Assembly (NCBI GenBank): GCA_045578725.1
Contig: JAZNKS010000073.1
Location: 12,902 to 76,901, forward strand
Length of the DNA stretch: 64,000 nt
Reading direction: 5' to 3'
From: Candidatus Flemingiibacterium sp.
GTDB taxonomy: Bacteria > Bacillota > Clostridia > Oscillospirales > CAG-272
A program made the position numbers and the translations under genes. Below, piece by piece: positions 1-8,370 of this stretch; within the stretch, counting starts at the first letter, position 1; every line of letters begins with the position of its first letter. Under the pieces are notes generated by a model. It was not told where the DNA came from, ran no database searches, and saw nothing but the letters and a program-made list of their open reading frames with translations.

Positions 1-221
1 TACTTCCCGGCATGATCCGGACAGACCGCTGGGAAAAGAATCCGGATTTTTACGCCAATGTTCCCTCCCGCTATACCCCTATCGGCGATGTGGCCGACGG
101 AGCGGATATTGCCGATGCGGTCTTCTATTTCACCGATTACGCCCGCAATACCACCGGCGCCGAACTGGTGGTAGACGGCGGCAATACAATTCAGCTTTAT
201 CCGATCATTCCACAGGAATAA
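1..221 (+). CDS. SDR-family oxidoreductase, C-terminal part (truncated by window start)
   Basis: PIGDVADGADIADAVFYF...TTGAELVVDGG matches the typical SDR C-terminus (PxGR..P.DIA..V.FL...ITG..L.VDGG). Confidence 0.8.
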   Translation, partial: LPGMIRTDRWEKNPDFYANVPSRYTPIGDVADGADIADAVFYFTDYARNTTGAELVVDGGNTIQLYPIIPQE

Positions 222-231
222 GCTCAAATAT

Positions 232-265
232 AAAAAAAGCGCTTCCGTCTTTTTCCCGGAAGCGC
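232..265. terminator. Hairpin between convergent genes
   Basis: Stem GCGCTTCCG(239-247)/CGGAAGCGC(257-265) preceded by A7, which reads as a U-tract on the minus strand. Confidence 0.6.
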
Positions 266-320
266 AGGCGTTTTTGCACCGCAATCCATCGGGGCTGCTG
301 CACTGCAACAGCCCCTTCCT

Positions 321-1664
321 TTATTTCTTTTTCGCCCGTTCCAGAACTTTTTTGTAGGGCATCAGCATTCCCTCGGTCATTTTGGAGCCGGCTTTGGCCT
401 TCAGCTTCGGCGAGGCCATCAGCGCACCGACCAGATACATGGCCAGCATCCGTCCCCGCTTTTTCTGCGGGAAATCATACTGACCGTGCTCCTTGTAGAA
501 GCGGTGGTCCGCTTTCATCATGCCCTGCATCAGCCAGATCAGATCACGGAAAATCTTCATACCGCCAACCCCATAGAAGTTCTGCGGCGGGACATATTTG
601 TTTTCCAGCGCCCATACCAGCGATTTGACAAGCCGGTCGATTTCAACATCGGGATTCACCTCATCCGTCGCAATTCCCGCAAGAAAATTGCCGCCGACCT
701 GGGCACGCCCCTCCAAAATCATCTGCAGATTGAATTCCCGGCTGTACGGGCCGCAGATCAGATAGCCAAAAGGCATTCCCATCGTCACCGTCCGATGCCC
801 GTTGCAGAACTGCCGGTCATCGTACAGCTTGAAGCGGGCACCCATCGAATGGTCCCGCACGGTAAAGGCATAGACAATCGCCTGAGCCGTCTGGATTTCC
901 CCACGGAGGAAATCGTCAAAGCCGTCCTTGTAGATGCATTTTCCCGACACCGCGCAGTTGAAGCAGCCGAGGCACCCGCCCTTGAAGGGATACTCCCGAA
1001 TGTTCACCACCCGCGTTTTCAGCGGGAGTACCGCGCAAAAGCGGTCGATCATCGCCTGCAGGGCATCCTCGCCGGGGCCGATATCGGCAACAATCACCAC
1101 ATCGCCGGAATCGGCGCCGACCGGTTCGGGAACCGTCGCACGCACAGCCGGCGGAATCGCATCCGGCATCGGGAGGCGCTCATACAGATCCGCCGCCATG
1201 GAGCGGCAGACATACGAAAAGAACTGTTCGGCCTCCGTCTGCCCCTTCTCGCTCAGCAGATCCTCCATATCGGCCGACAGACCGCGGATGAACTTCATGC
1301 CCATATCCTGACAGTTGTCCTGAATATAGCGATGAGCCGTCACATCGTAAAAATGCTTGGAGGTTGTAATCTGCGTGGCAAACTTGCCCGCAAGCGAAAC
1401 GCCCGATTCTTTCATCAGCTCAACAAACCGATGAAGCTGATACGGGGCAATGAAGGTATAGACCGGATAGGCAAACAACAGAAGATCCGCCGCGGTGACC
1501 TGCGCCATTACCTCTCCGCAGTCTTTTTCCAGCGACTTTATCTTCGCTCCGACATGAACGACCTCAAAATGATGCTCCTCATGCTGCAGGGCCAGGTAAT
1601 TCACCGTCTGCAGCGTTACGCTGTCAGCCCCTTTGGGACTGCCGTTCAATACCAGAATGTTCAT
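321..1664 (-). CDS. Two-domain flavodoxin-like NAD(P)H-dependent oxidoreductase / iron-sulfur flavoprotein
   Basis: N-terminal MNILVLNGSPKG flavodoxin-like motif; second domain with GCLGCFNCAVSGKC (Cx2Cx2Cx5C, Isf-type). Confidence 0.75.
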   Translation of the reverse strand: MNILVLNGSPKGADSVTLQTVNYLALQHEEHHFEVVHVGAKIKSLEKDCGEVMAQVTAADLLLFAYPVYTFIAPYQLHRFVELMKESGVSLAGKFATQITTSKHFYDVTAHRYIQDNCQDMGMKFIRGLSADMEDLLSEKGQTEAEQFFSYVCRSMAADLYERLPMPDAIPPAVRATVPEPVGADSGDVVIVADIGPGEDALQAMIDRFCAVLPLKTRVVNIREYPFKGGCLGCFNCAVSGKCIYKDGFDDFLRGEIQTAQAIVYAFTVRDHSMGARFKLYDDRQFCNGHRTVTMGMPFGYLICGPYSREFNLQMILEGRAQVGGNFLAGIATDEVNPDVEIDRLVKSLVWALENKYVPPQNFYGVGGMKIFRDLIWLMQGMMKADHRFYKEHGQYDFPQKKRGRMLAMYLVGALMASPKLKAKAGSKMTEGMLMPYKKVLERAKKK

Positions 1665-1673
1665 TTGCTTCGT

Positions 1674-3308
1674 TTACTCCTGCGTCATGGCATGGAGCCG
1701 CTTCATGATATCGCTCTCACGGCCGAAATGATCGTGCAGCTCCAGATAGATTTCATACAGGCGTGCATATGCTTTCGCATTGTCGGGATTCGGGGTATAA
1801 ACCTTGATAGCCGGCTTGACCATCGCCTTTGCCGCTTCATCAAAGCTGTCATACAGACCCGCGGCCACGGCACCGCTCATTGCGCTTCCCAGTGCACCCG
1901 CCTGTTTGGAGGCACCGACCCGGAGTGTCCGCCCGGTAACATCCGCATAAATCTGCATCAGCAGCTCGTCCTTCATGGCGATGCCGCCCGATGCCACGAT
2001 ATCGCCGACCGGGATTCCGTTTTCCTCGAAATTGTCGAGAATCTTTTTGGTTCCGAATGCCGTCGCTTCCAGAAGCGCACGGTAAATGTCCTCCGGCTTG
2101 GTATCCATCCGCAGGCCGACCATCATGCCCGAAAGCGTGCTGTCCTGCAGAACACTCCGATTGCCGTTCCACCAGTCCAGCGCCACCAGACCGGATTCGC
2201 CCGGCTTTTTCAGACTCGCCTTTTCGCGAAGCAGCTGGTGCGGGCTGATGCCGCGCGCGGCGGCTTCGTCCCGGTATTCACCGTTCAAACAGCGCTTGAC
2301 AAACCAATCGAAAATATCGCCGACACCCGACTGACCGGCTTCATAGGCATAATAGCCGGGAATCGCGCCGCCGTTGACAACACCGCAAATACCGCTTGCC
2401 AGCGTTTCCGTCCTGCCGAGCAGCAGGTGGCAGGAGGACGTGCCGATAATCAGAAGCATACTGCCTTCGGTTGTGATGCCGCATCCGGGAAAGGCGGCGT
2501 GCGCATCGATAAAGCAGCTGGAAACCGGGATCCCCGGCACCAGACCAAAGCGTGCGGCGGCTTCCTTTGTCACATGGCCGACCAGGGCACCCTGCGCAAG
2601 GACTTCGGTGTGCACTTTTGTTCCGAACAATCCGTCCAGCCGCTGATCCAGTACACAGAGCAGATCGTTGGAAACATCCCCGTCCGCCCACATGGATTTG
2701 TATCCGGCGGCACAGGTAGAGCGGGAGCAGACACCGGTCAGCATCCAGTTAATCCAGTCGCCGGCCTCAACAAAGCGATCGGCTGCCGCATACACTTCCG
2801 GCGCCTCATCCAGCGTGTGCATGATTTTGGGAAGCATCCATTCGGACGAAACCCGTCCGCCAAATCGCTTCAGGCGGTCGGGATCCATCTTCTCCATCAC
2901 CTCGTTCAGCCGGTCTGCCTGCTTATGCGCCGCATGGCTCTTCCAGAGTTTGACCAGCGCATGAGGGTTTTTTCTGTAATCCTCCATAAAGCAGAGCGGT
3001 GTTCCGTCAGCCTTTACAGGGAGCAGAGTGCAGGCTGTGAAATCGATTCCGATACCGGCAATCTGCTCCGGTTTGGCACCGGCCTTGTCAAGCACGGCGG
3101 GAATCGTGTGCTCCAGCACATCCAGATAATCCTGCGGATCCTGAAGCGCCCATCCGCTTGAAAGCTTTACGCCGCAGGCTTCGTCCTCCATAACAGCGTG
3201 GGGATATTCGTATACCGATGCGGCCGCTTCCGTTCCGTCTGCGGCATCCACCAGCAGAGCGCGTCCGGACAGCGTACCGAAATCGATACCCAGTACGTAT
3301 TTTTTCAT
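1674..3308 (-). CDS. araB: Ribulokinase (FGGY family)
   Basis: LGIDFGTLSGRA, IGIDFTACT, LWKSHAA, EAGQSGVGDIF and LDWWNGNRS motifs. Confidence 0.85.
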   Translation of the reverse strand: MKKYVLGIDFGTLSGRALLVDAADGTEAAASVYEYPHAVMEDEACGVKLSSGWALQDPQDYLDVLEHTIPAVLDKAGAKPEQIAGIGIDFTACTLLPVKADGTPLCFMEDYRKNPHALVKLWKSHAAHKQADRLNEVMEKMDPDRLKRFGGRVSSEWMLPKIMHTLDEAPEVYAAADRFVEAGDWINWMLTGVCSRSTCAAGYKSMWADGDVSNDLLCVLDQRLDGLFGTKVHTEVLAQGALVGHVTKEAAARFGLVPGIPVSSCFIDAHAAFPGCGITTEGSMLLIIGTSSCHLLLGRTETLASGICGVVNGGAIPGYYAYEAGQSGVGDIFDWFVKRCLNGEYRDEAAARGISPHQLLREKASLKKPGESGLVALDWWNGNRSVLQDSTLSGMMVGLRMDTKPEDIYRALLEATAFGTKKILDNFEENGIPVGDIVASGGIAMKDELLMQIYADVTGRTLRVGASKQAGALGSAMSGAVAAGLYDSFDEAAKAMVKPAIKVYTPNPDNAKAYARLYEIYLELHDHFGRESDIMKRLHAMTQE

Positions 3309-3329
3309 TTTTCTGTCCTTTCCGGCCGA

Positions 3330-3971
3330 TCAAAGGCCGAGTTTTTCCATAGTCCTGACAAAATAATCAGCAAATTCGCGGTAAACCTCCGGGCGAAGAT
3401 GCAGGCCATCCGCAATGAAGATATCCCGGAAGCCCTCATAGCTTCCGACCGACTCCGGCTTTTCATAGAAGAAGTCGCTGATGTTGACATAATCCACATT
3501 CTCGGTCTGATCGGCATATTCCTTCTGAAGGGCATTGAAGGCCGCATAGAGCTCTGCACGCTTGCCCTTTGCCGAGGGATGCTCGAAGCTGCAGAAGGGA
3601 ATCAGACGGATGCCCGGGAAATCGGTTCTGGCAAATTCAAACAGCCGCCATGCCATATTCCACGCTTCCTGCGGCGTAAAACCGCGGAAGAGATCATTGG
3701 GACCGACGCGGAAGACAATCGCCCGCGGTTCCCAGGGAAGCACCAGACGGTGATAATAGTAAAGCAATTCATCCACAGTGGCACCGCCGAAGCCGTGATT
3801 GACAACCGTGAATTTTCCGCCGGATGCCTCGGCGACCTGCGCGGAGGCTTCCTTCCAGTTGGTGAAAAACGAGCTTCCGTACAGAAGAATACAGCCTTTT
3901 TGAACAGGCTGTGCCAGATAGGCATCGACCTGCCGCTGCTGTCCCTTAAGTTTGACAGGGTATTCAATCAT
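3330..3971 (-). CDS. SGNH/GDSL-like esterase (start revised to MIEYPVK)
   Basis: YGSSFF, NHGFGGAT, GPND and DGLH blocks; RBS GAAAGGA upstream of the ATG at 3971. Confidence 0.8.
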   Translation of the reverse strand: MIEYPVKLKGQQRQVDAYLAQPVQKGCILLYGSSFFTNWKEASAQVAEASGGKFTVVNHGFGGATVDELLYYYHRLVLPWEPRAIVFRVGPNDLFRGFTPQEAWNMAWRLFEFARTDFPGIRLIPFCSFEHPSAKGKRAELYAAFNALQKEYADQTENVDYVNISDFFYEKPESVGSYEGFRDIFIADGLHLRPEVYREFADYFVRTMEKLGL

Positions 3972-4001
3972 ACTATCAAATCCTTTCCGGTTTATGATAT
4001 C

Positions 4002-4031
4002 ATTATACCGCAGATTTTCCCGTTTTGTCAA
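4002..4031 (-). promoter_or_regulatory. SigA promoter for the SGNH-araB-flavoprotein unit
   Basis: TTGACA-18-TATAAT on the minus strand. Confidence 0.7.
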
Positions 4032-4132
4032 GAGCTCTGAAAGGAAAAGTACACTTCCGTGAAACACGGCCGCTGCTCTTCGTAACTTCACCCTGCTGCT
4101 GCAGCATTTTTTCAGAGATTGCCGATTCAGCC

Positions 4133-4161
4133 TTGACATTTCTTCTGCGATTTGCTATAAT
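4133..4161 (+). promoter_or_regulatory. SigA promoter for the CapA...SGNH operon
   Basis: TTGACA-17-TATAAT with extended -10 TG. Confidence 0.8.
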
Positions 4162-4194
4162 GAGCACAGTAAACACGTTATCGGAGGTACTCTC

Positions 4195-5364
4195 ATGTCA
4201 AATCTCAAAATGCTTTTTACCGGTGATGTCTGCTTCAAAATCCAGCGCGATGTCACCAAGGAATCGGCCAAAGGAATCCTTTCGGAGCTGATGCCCGATT
4301 TTGATGCGGCCGATCTCCGCGTCATGAATCTGGAAACACCTCTCGCCGAGGACGACCTCGGTGCACCGATCCCCAAAAGCGGCCCCAACATCATTGGCCG
4401 TCCGCACAATCTGGGATTTCTGGCAGCAGCAGGATGCGACTGCGCATCCCTTGCCAACAATCACACCAAGGATTTCGGCGAGGAGCCGCTGATGAACACC
4501 ATCGCGCTTTTAGAGCAGGCCGGAATCGCCCACGCCGGTGCCGGCCGCAATATTGCCGAAGCCTATAAGGCCTGGCGGGCCGAGAAGAACGGCATCCGCG
4601 TTTCGGTGATCTGTGTCTGTGAGAACGAATTCGGCATCGCCGACGAGGAGCTTTCCGGCACCGCCGGCTTCCAGCTGGAGCGCCTGGCCGATAAAATCCG
4701 CGAGGAAAAGACGGTGTCCGACTTTGTGCTGGTCTTCTTCCACGGCGGCTGTGAACACAATCCTCTGCCCTCTCCGCTCTGCCGCGAGCGATACCGCATG
4801 ATCATCCGGCTTGGTGCCGATGCGCTGATCGGCGGTCATACCCACTGCATTCAGGGCATGGAAATCTACGAAGGCAAGCCGATCTTCTACAGCATGGGCA
4901 ATTTCCTGTTTGTTCCCACCTGGGAAGCGGCCGACGGCTGGTATTACGGCTACATGGTTCAGCTGACGCTGGAAATCGGGAAGCCGATCGCCTATCAGCT
5001 GATCCCCTACCGCATGGAGAAGGACGGAAGCAAAATTAACCGTCTGGAGGGCGAGGAAAAGGCCCGTGTTCTGGCGCATATCGATACCGTTTCGGCTCCC
5101 ATCGCCGACACAAAAGAGCTGACACGCCTTTACAAGGGCTGGTGCGCCATCTCCGGCATCAGCTATATCAAGAACCTGGTATCCGATAATGAGAATTACA
5201 AGCCGGAGAACCTTCCCGCCGAAGGCATTGCTCCTCTGAAGAATCTCTTCAGCTGTGAAGCCCACAATGAGCTGATCCGCACCACGCTGAACATCGCCTT
5301 CACGGGTGAACTGAAGGATGCCTATATCTGGGCCGATGAAATCCGCGAGCTGCAGAAGGTATAA
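4195..5364 (+). CDS. CapA-family metallophosphoesterase, no signal peptide
   Basis: FTGD, NLETP, SLANNH, FHGG, GGHTH and YSMGNF motifs. Confidence 0.85.
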   Translation: MSNLKMLFTGDVCFKIQRDVTKESAKGILSELMPDFDAADLRVMNLETPLAEDDLGAPIPKSGPNIIGRPHNLGFLAAAGCDCASLANNHTKDFGEEPLMNTIALLEQAGIAHAGAGRNIAEAYKAWRAEKNGIRVSVICVCENEFGIADEELSGTAGFQLERLADKIREEKTVSDFVLVFFHGGCEHNPLPSPLCRERYRMIIRLGADALIGGHTHCIQGMEIYEGKPIFYSMGNFLFVPTWEAADGWYYGYMVQLTLEIGKPIAYQLIPYRMEKDGSKINRLEGEEKARVLAHIDTVSAPIADTKELTRLYKGWCAISGISYIKNLVSDNENYKPENLPAEGIAPLKNLFSCEAHNELIRTTLNIAFTGELKDAYIWADEIRELQKV

Positions 5365-5447
5365 GTCCGAAAGATAAATCTTCAGCCCCGGTTTTGCGGC
5401 TTACAGCCCAAAATTCCAGGAAAGGAAGCTTTCGCTGTGCGAAAGCC

Positions 5448-6878
5448 GTGATCACAATTATGGAAACAAACCGCAAGGAAATCATACGCCGCACACTCCT
5501 CACCATGCGGGAGCAGAATGAAGCCGCCTCCGCATCCCTCACCGACCGGTGCACGCTTGAGGATTACCGTGCCCTCACCTTTATCGATGAGCGCGGCCGG
5601 CTCCGCTGGGAGAAGGCTCTGCAGGCCGCCATCCGCGAGCATGAAATTACCGTTATTCCGCCCTGCGCCGAGCCGTATTATATCGGCGCACAGATCCGCA
5701 TTCCCTCCGACCGGCGGATTGAAGCCGCCGGTGCCTGCATCCGTCAGACCGAGGAATGCACCCTGCTGATGCTCGCAAACGAGCATACCCATGACGGCAC
5801 CCACGCGCCGATCGACACCTCCGACCGTGATCGGAACATCGCGATCATCGGCGGGCGTTGGGAGGAATCCCGCACCGCGCGCGCCGGCTACGGCCGGACC
5901 GGCAAATATGACGAGGAGCGCAGTTTCTACGGCGTGTCCACCCTCTTTTTCTTCAACAATCTGGACGGTCTGACCCTGCGGGAACTCACCTTTGCCCATA
6001 CGGCCGGATTTGCCGTCCAGACCGGCGATCTCCGGAATGCCTGCTTTGAGCACATCCGCTTTGAATCCTGCTATGCCGACGGTTTACATATGAACGGCAA
6101 CAGCGAGAATCTTCTTGTGCGCGATGTCAAGGGCGAGGTCGGCGACGATCTGGTCGCGCTGAATATGTATGACTGGCAGAATTCCTCCGTCAATTTCGGT
6201 CCGACGAAAACGGTGCTCTGCGAGGATCTGGAACTGTCTGATTCCAGCCCATACAAGGCCATCCGGATCGAGCCGGGCACCTATTATTTCGATGACGGAA
6301 GCGCGGTGGACTGCTCGCTGACGGATGCCATCTTCAAAACCGTCCGCGGCATCCGCACCTTCAAGCTTTATTATCAGACTCCGCGCTATCCCATCGGCGG
6401 CACATCCGAGCGCGGAGCTGTCGGAAGCGCCGATCATCTCTATTTTGAGGACATCGAAATCGATCTGCGCGATCCGATCGACCACTTCGACGAATACATG
6501 AATTCCGATCCGATCCGCGGCAGCTTCGCCGGCTTTGAGCTGGGTGCCAATATCGGTCATATGGAGCTTTCGGACATCCGCATCACGCTCTACAAGGAGT
6601 GTTTTCCCTATTCCTACCTGCTTTGCATCGGACCGAAATCCGTCCGCAATCAGACAGACGGCTATGAAATCTTCGATCCCGCTCTGTCCGGAATGCTCAG
6701 CTGTCTGGAACTCCATGCTATCACCGTCAACGGGCAGAGGGCCGAAAGTACCGACGGGCTCGTCCGAGAGATCGTATTCGACGATCTCTACGGCGACGGC
6801 TGCTCCACAGCCTCCGGCCGGATTGAAAAGCTCCTGCTCGACGGCATCGAGCAGAAACAATACATATCAGAAATATAA
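5448..6878 (+). CDS. Right-handed beta-helix (pectin-lyase fold, GH28-like) protein; start GTG 5448 or ATG 5460
   Basis: ALQAAI..VIPP N-terminal motif; ADGLHM..S.N..V.D..G..GDD.VAL resembles the GH28 NTDG/DD motifs. Confidence 0.6.
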   Translation: MITIMETNRKEIIRRTLLTMREQNEAASASLTDRCTLEDYRALTFIDERGRLRWEKALQAAIREHEITVIPPCAEPYYIGAQIRIPSDRRIEAAGACIRQTEECTLLMLANEHTHDGTHAPIDTSDRDRNIAIIGGRWEESRTARAGYGRTGKYDEERSFYGVSTLFFFNNLDGLTLRELTFAHTAGFAVQTGDLRNACFEHIRFESCYADGLHMNGNSENLLVRDVKGEVGDDLVALNMYDWQNSSVNFGPTKTVLCEDLELSDSSPYKAIRIEPGTYYFDDGSAVDCSLTDAIFKTVRGIRTFKLYYQTPRYPIGGTSERGAVGSADHLYFEDIEIDLRDPIDHFDEYMNSDPIRGSFAGFELGANIGHMELSDIRITLYKECFPYSYLLCIGPKSVRNQTDGYEIFDPALSGMLSCLELHAITVNGQRAESTDGLVREIVFDDLYGDGCSTASGRIEKLLLDGIEQKQYISEI

Positions 6879-6892
6879 AGAAGATTGACATC

Positions 6893-8350
6893 ATGAAAAC
6901 AAACCGAATTTTCACTCTGCTGCTTATCGCCGCGATGCTTGTAACGACCGCCGCCTGCGGCAGTCAGCCCCCGTCCGGTACGGATACCACCCCTGCCGCC
7001 GATTCCACCTCCGGCACCGAGCCGGACGAAGGGTATGTATTCCCCGAATATGACGGAAAAAGCGAAGATTTTACGATTCTGAACTGCTCCAACACCTGGG
7101 GCTTCTACACCAATCTCGATTTTGAAACCGCATCCGGCGAAACGCTGGATGATGCTATTGTTGATCGTAACCGCACGGTTGAGGAAAAATTCAACGTCGA
7201 TATCAAAATCGTCGAACAGCCGATGTATCAGACAGCAGCGGAGCACTACCAGACCTCCATCATCTCCGGCGATCATCAGTATGATGCGGCTTTCATCCCG
7301 ACCATCAATATGGCTCCGTTCGTCACCGAGAGCTATCTGTACAATCTGGTCGATATTCCCGAGCTTCATCTGGATGAGCCCTATTACGATCAGAGTGTCA
7401 ACACAGCGGCAAGAGTCGGTGCTGACGATATTCAGTATTTTGCCTGCAACTATACCAGCCTTTCCGGTATCGACGGCGTTCTCTGCCTTTTCTTCAATGA
7501 AAATATGCTGAACGATCTGAACAAAGAAGCGCCCTACCAGCTGGTGCGCGACGGCCAATGGACGCTGGACCGTTACGGCGAGTATCTGAAAGCCGGCACC
7601 AATCTCAACGGCGACGATTCCTTTGCCTGGGATGAAAACGGTGCGGCCGTCTACGGCATGGCCTCCTGGAAGGATGGCTTCGGTGCTTTCATTGCCGGTG
7701 CCGGTGTAAATTTTGTTACGCTGGATGAGGAGCAGTATCCCGTCTTCAATGTAAACGAGCGCCTGTACGATGTCCTGAACAAGGTGGATACCGTTCTGTC
7801 GGATGACGGTGTTTTCATCTCGCAGAACGATTCCGGCAACGGCCATTATGAAATGATGTTCAAGAACGGCCGCTCTCTCTTTATGCTGGCCGAGCTGAAG
7901 GCTTCCTCCAAATACCGCGACATGAATGACACCTTCGGCATCGTTCCCCTGCCGAAATACGATGAAAAGCAGGAGAATTACTCCAGCTACCGCTCCCGCT
8001 ATGAGCTTCTTATGAGTGTTCCCACCACCAATCCGGATCCGGAACGCGCCGGCATCGTTCTGGATGCGCTGGCTTACCTGAGCTATGAGAATGTTCTGCC
8101 GATCTACTATGATTACCGCCTGTCGGCCAAGCAGCTCCGCAGCGACGATTCGGTCGAAATGCTGGATATCATCCGCTCTACGATGAACTTTGATACCGGC
8201 TTTCCCTTTGGCTGGACCTTTGATTTGTACACCACCCTCAGCGTGGCCATCTCCCAGAAGGCAGGCGGCTATGCCTCGGCGGTTGCCCAGAAGCAGTCCG
8301 CCATCGAAACGCAGATCAAGGACACCATGGATCTCATCAACGATAAATAA
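6893..8350 (+). CDS. Extracellular solute-binding lipoprotein (sugar ABC type)
   Basis: Lipobox TAAC followed by a Ser/Thr/Pro linker; GQWTLD and FGIVPLPKYD motifs. Confidence 0.8.
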   Translation: MKTNRIFTLLLIAAMLVTTAACGSQPPSGTDTTPAADSTSGTEPDEGYVFPEYDGKSEDFTILNCSNTWGFYTNLDFETASGETLDDAIVDRNRTVEEKFNVDIKIVEQPMYQTAAEHYQTSIISGDHQYDAAFIPTINMAPFVTESYLYNLVDIPELHLDEPYYDQSVNTAARVGADDIQYFACNYTSLSGIDGVLCLFFNENMLNDLNKEAPYQLVRDGQWTLDRYGEYLKAGTNLNGDDSFAWDENGAAVYGMASWKDGFGAFIAGAGVNFVTLDEEQYPVFNVNERLYDVLNKVDTVLSDDGVFISQNDSGNGHYEMMFKNGRSLFMLAELKASSKYRDMNDTFGIVPLPKYDEKQENYSSYRSRYELLMSVPTTNPDPERAGIVLDALAYLSYENVLPIYYDYRLSAKQLRSDDSVEMLDIIRSTMNFDTGFPFGWTFDLYTTLSVAISQKAGGYASAVAQKQSAIETQIKDTMDLINDK

Positions 8351-8370
8351 TCCCATCAAGGAGAACCAAT

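Noticed and set aside
4195-5364. Poly-gamma-glutamate capsule locus
   Set aside because: No capB/capC neighbours and the CapA-like protein has no membrane anchor
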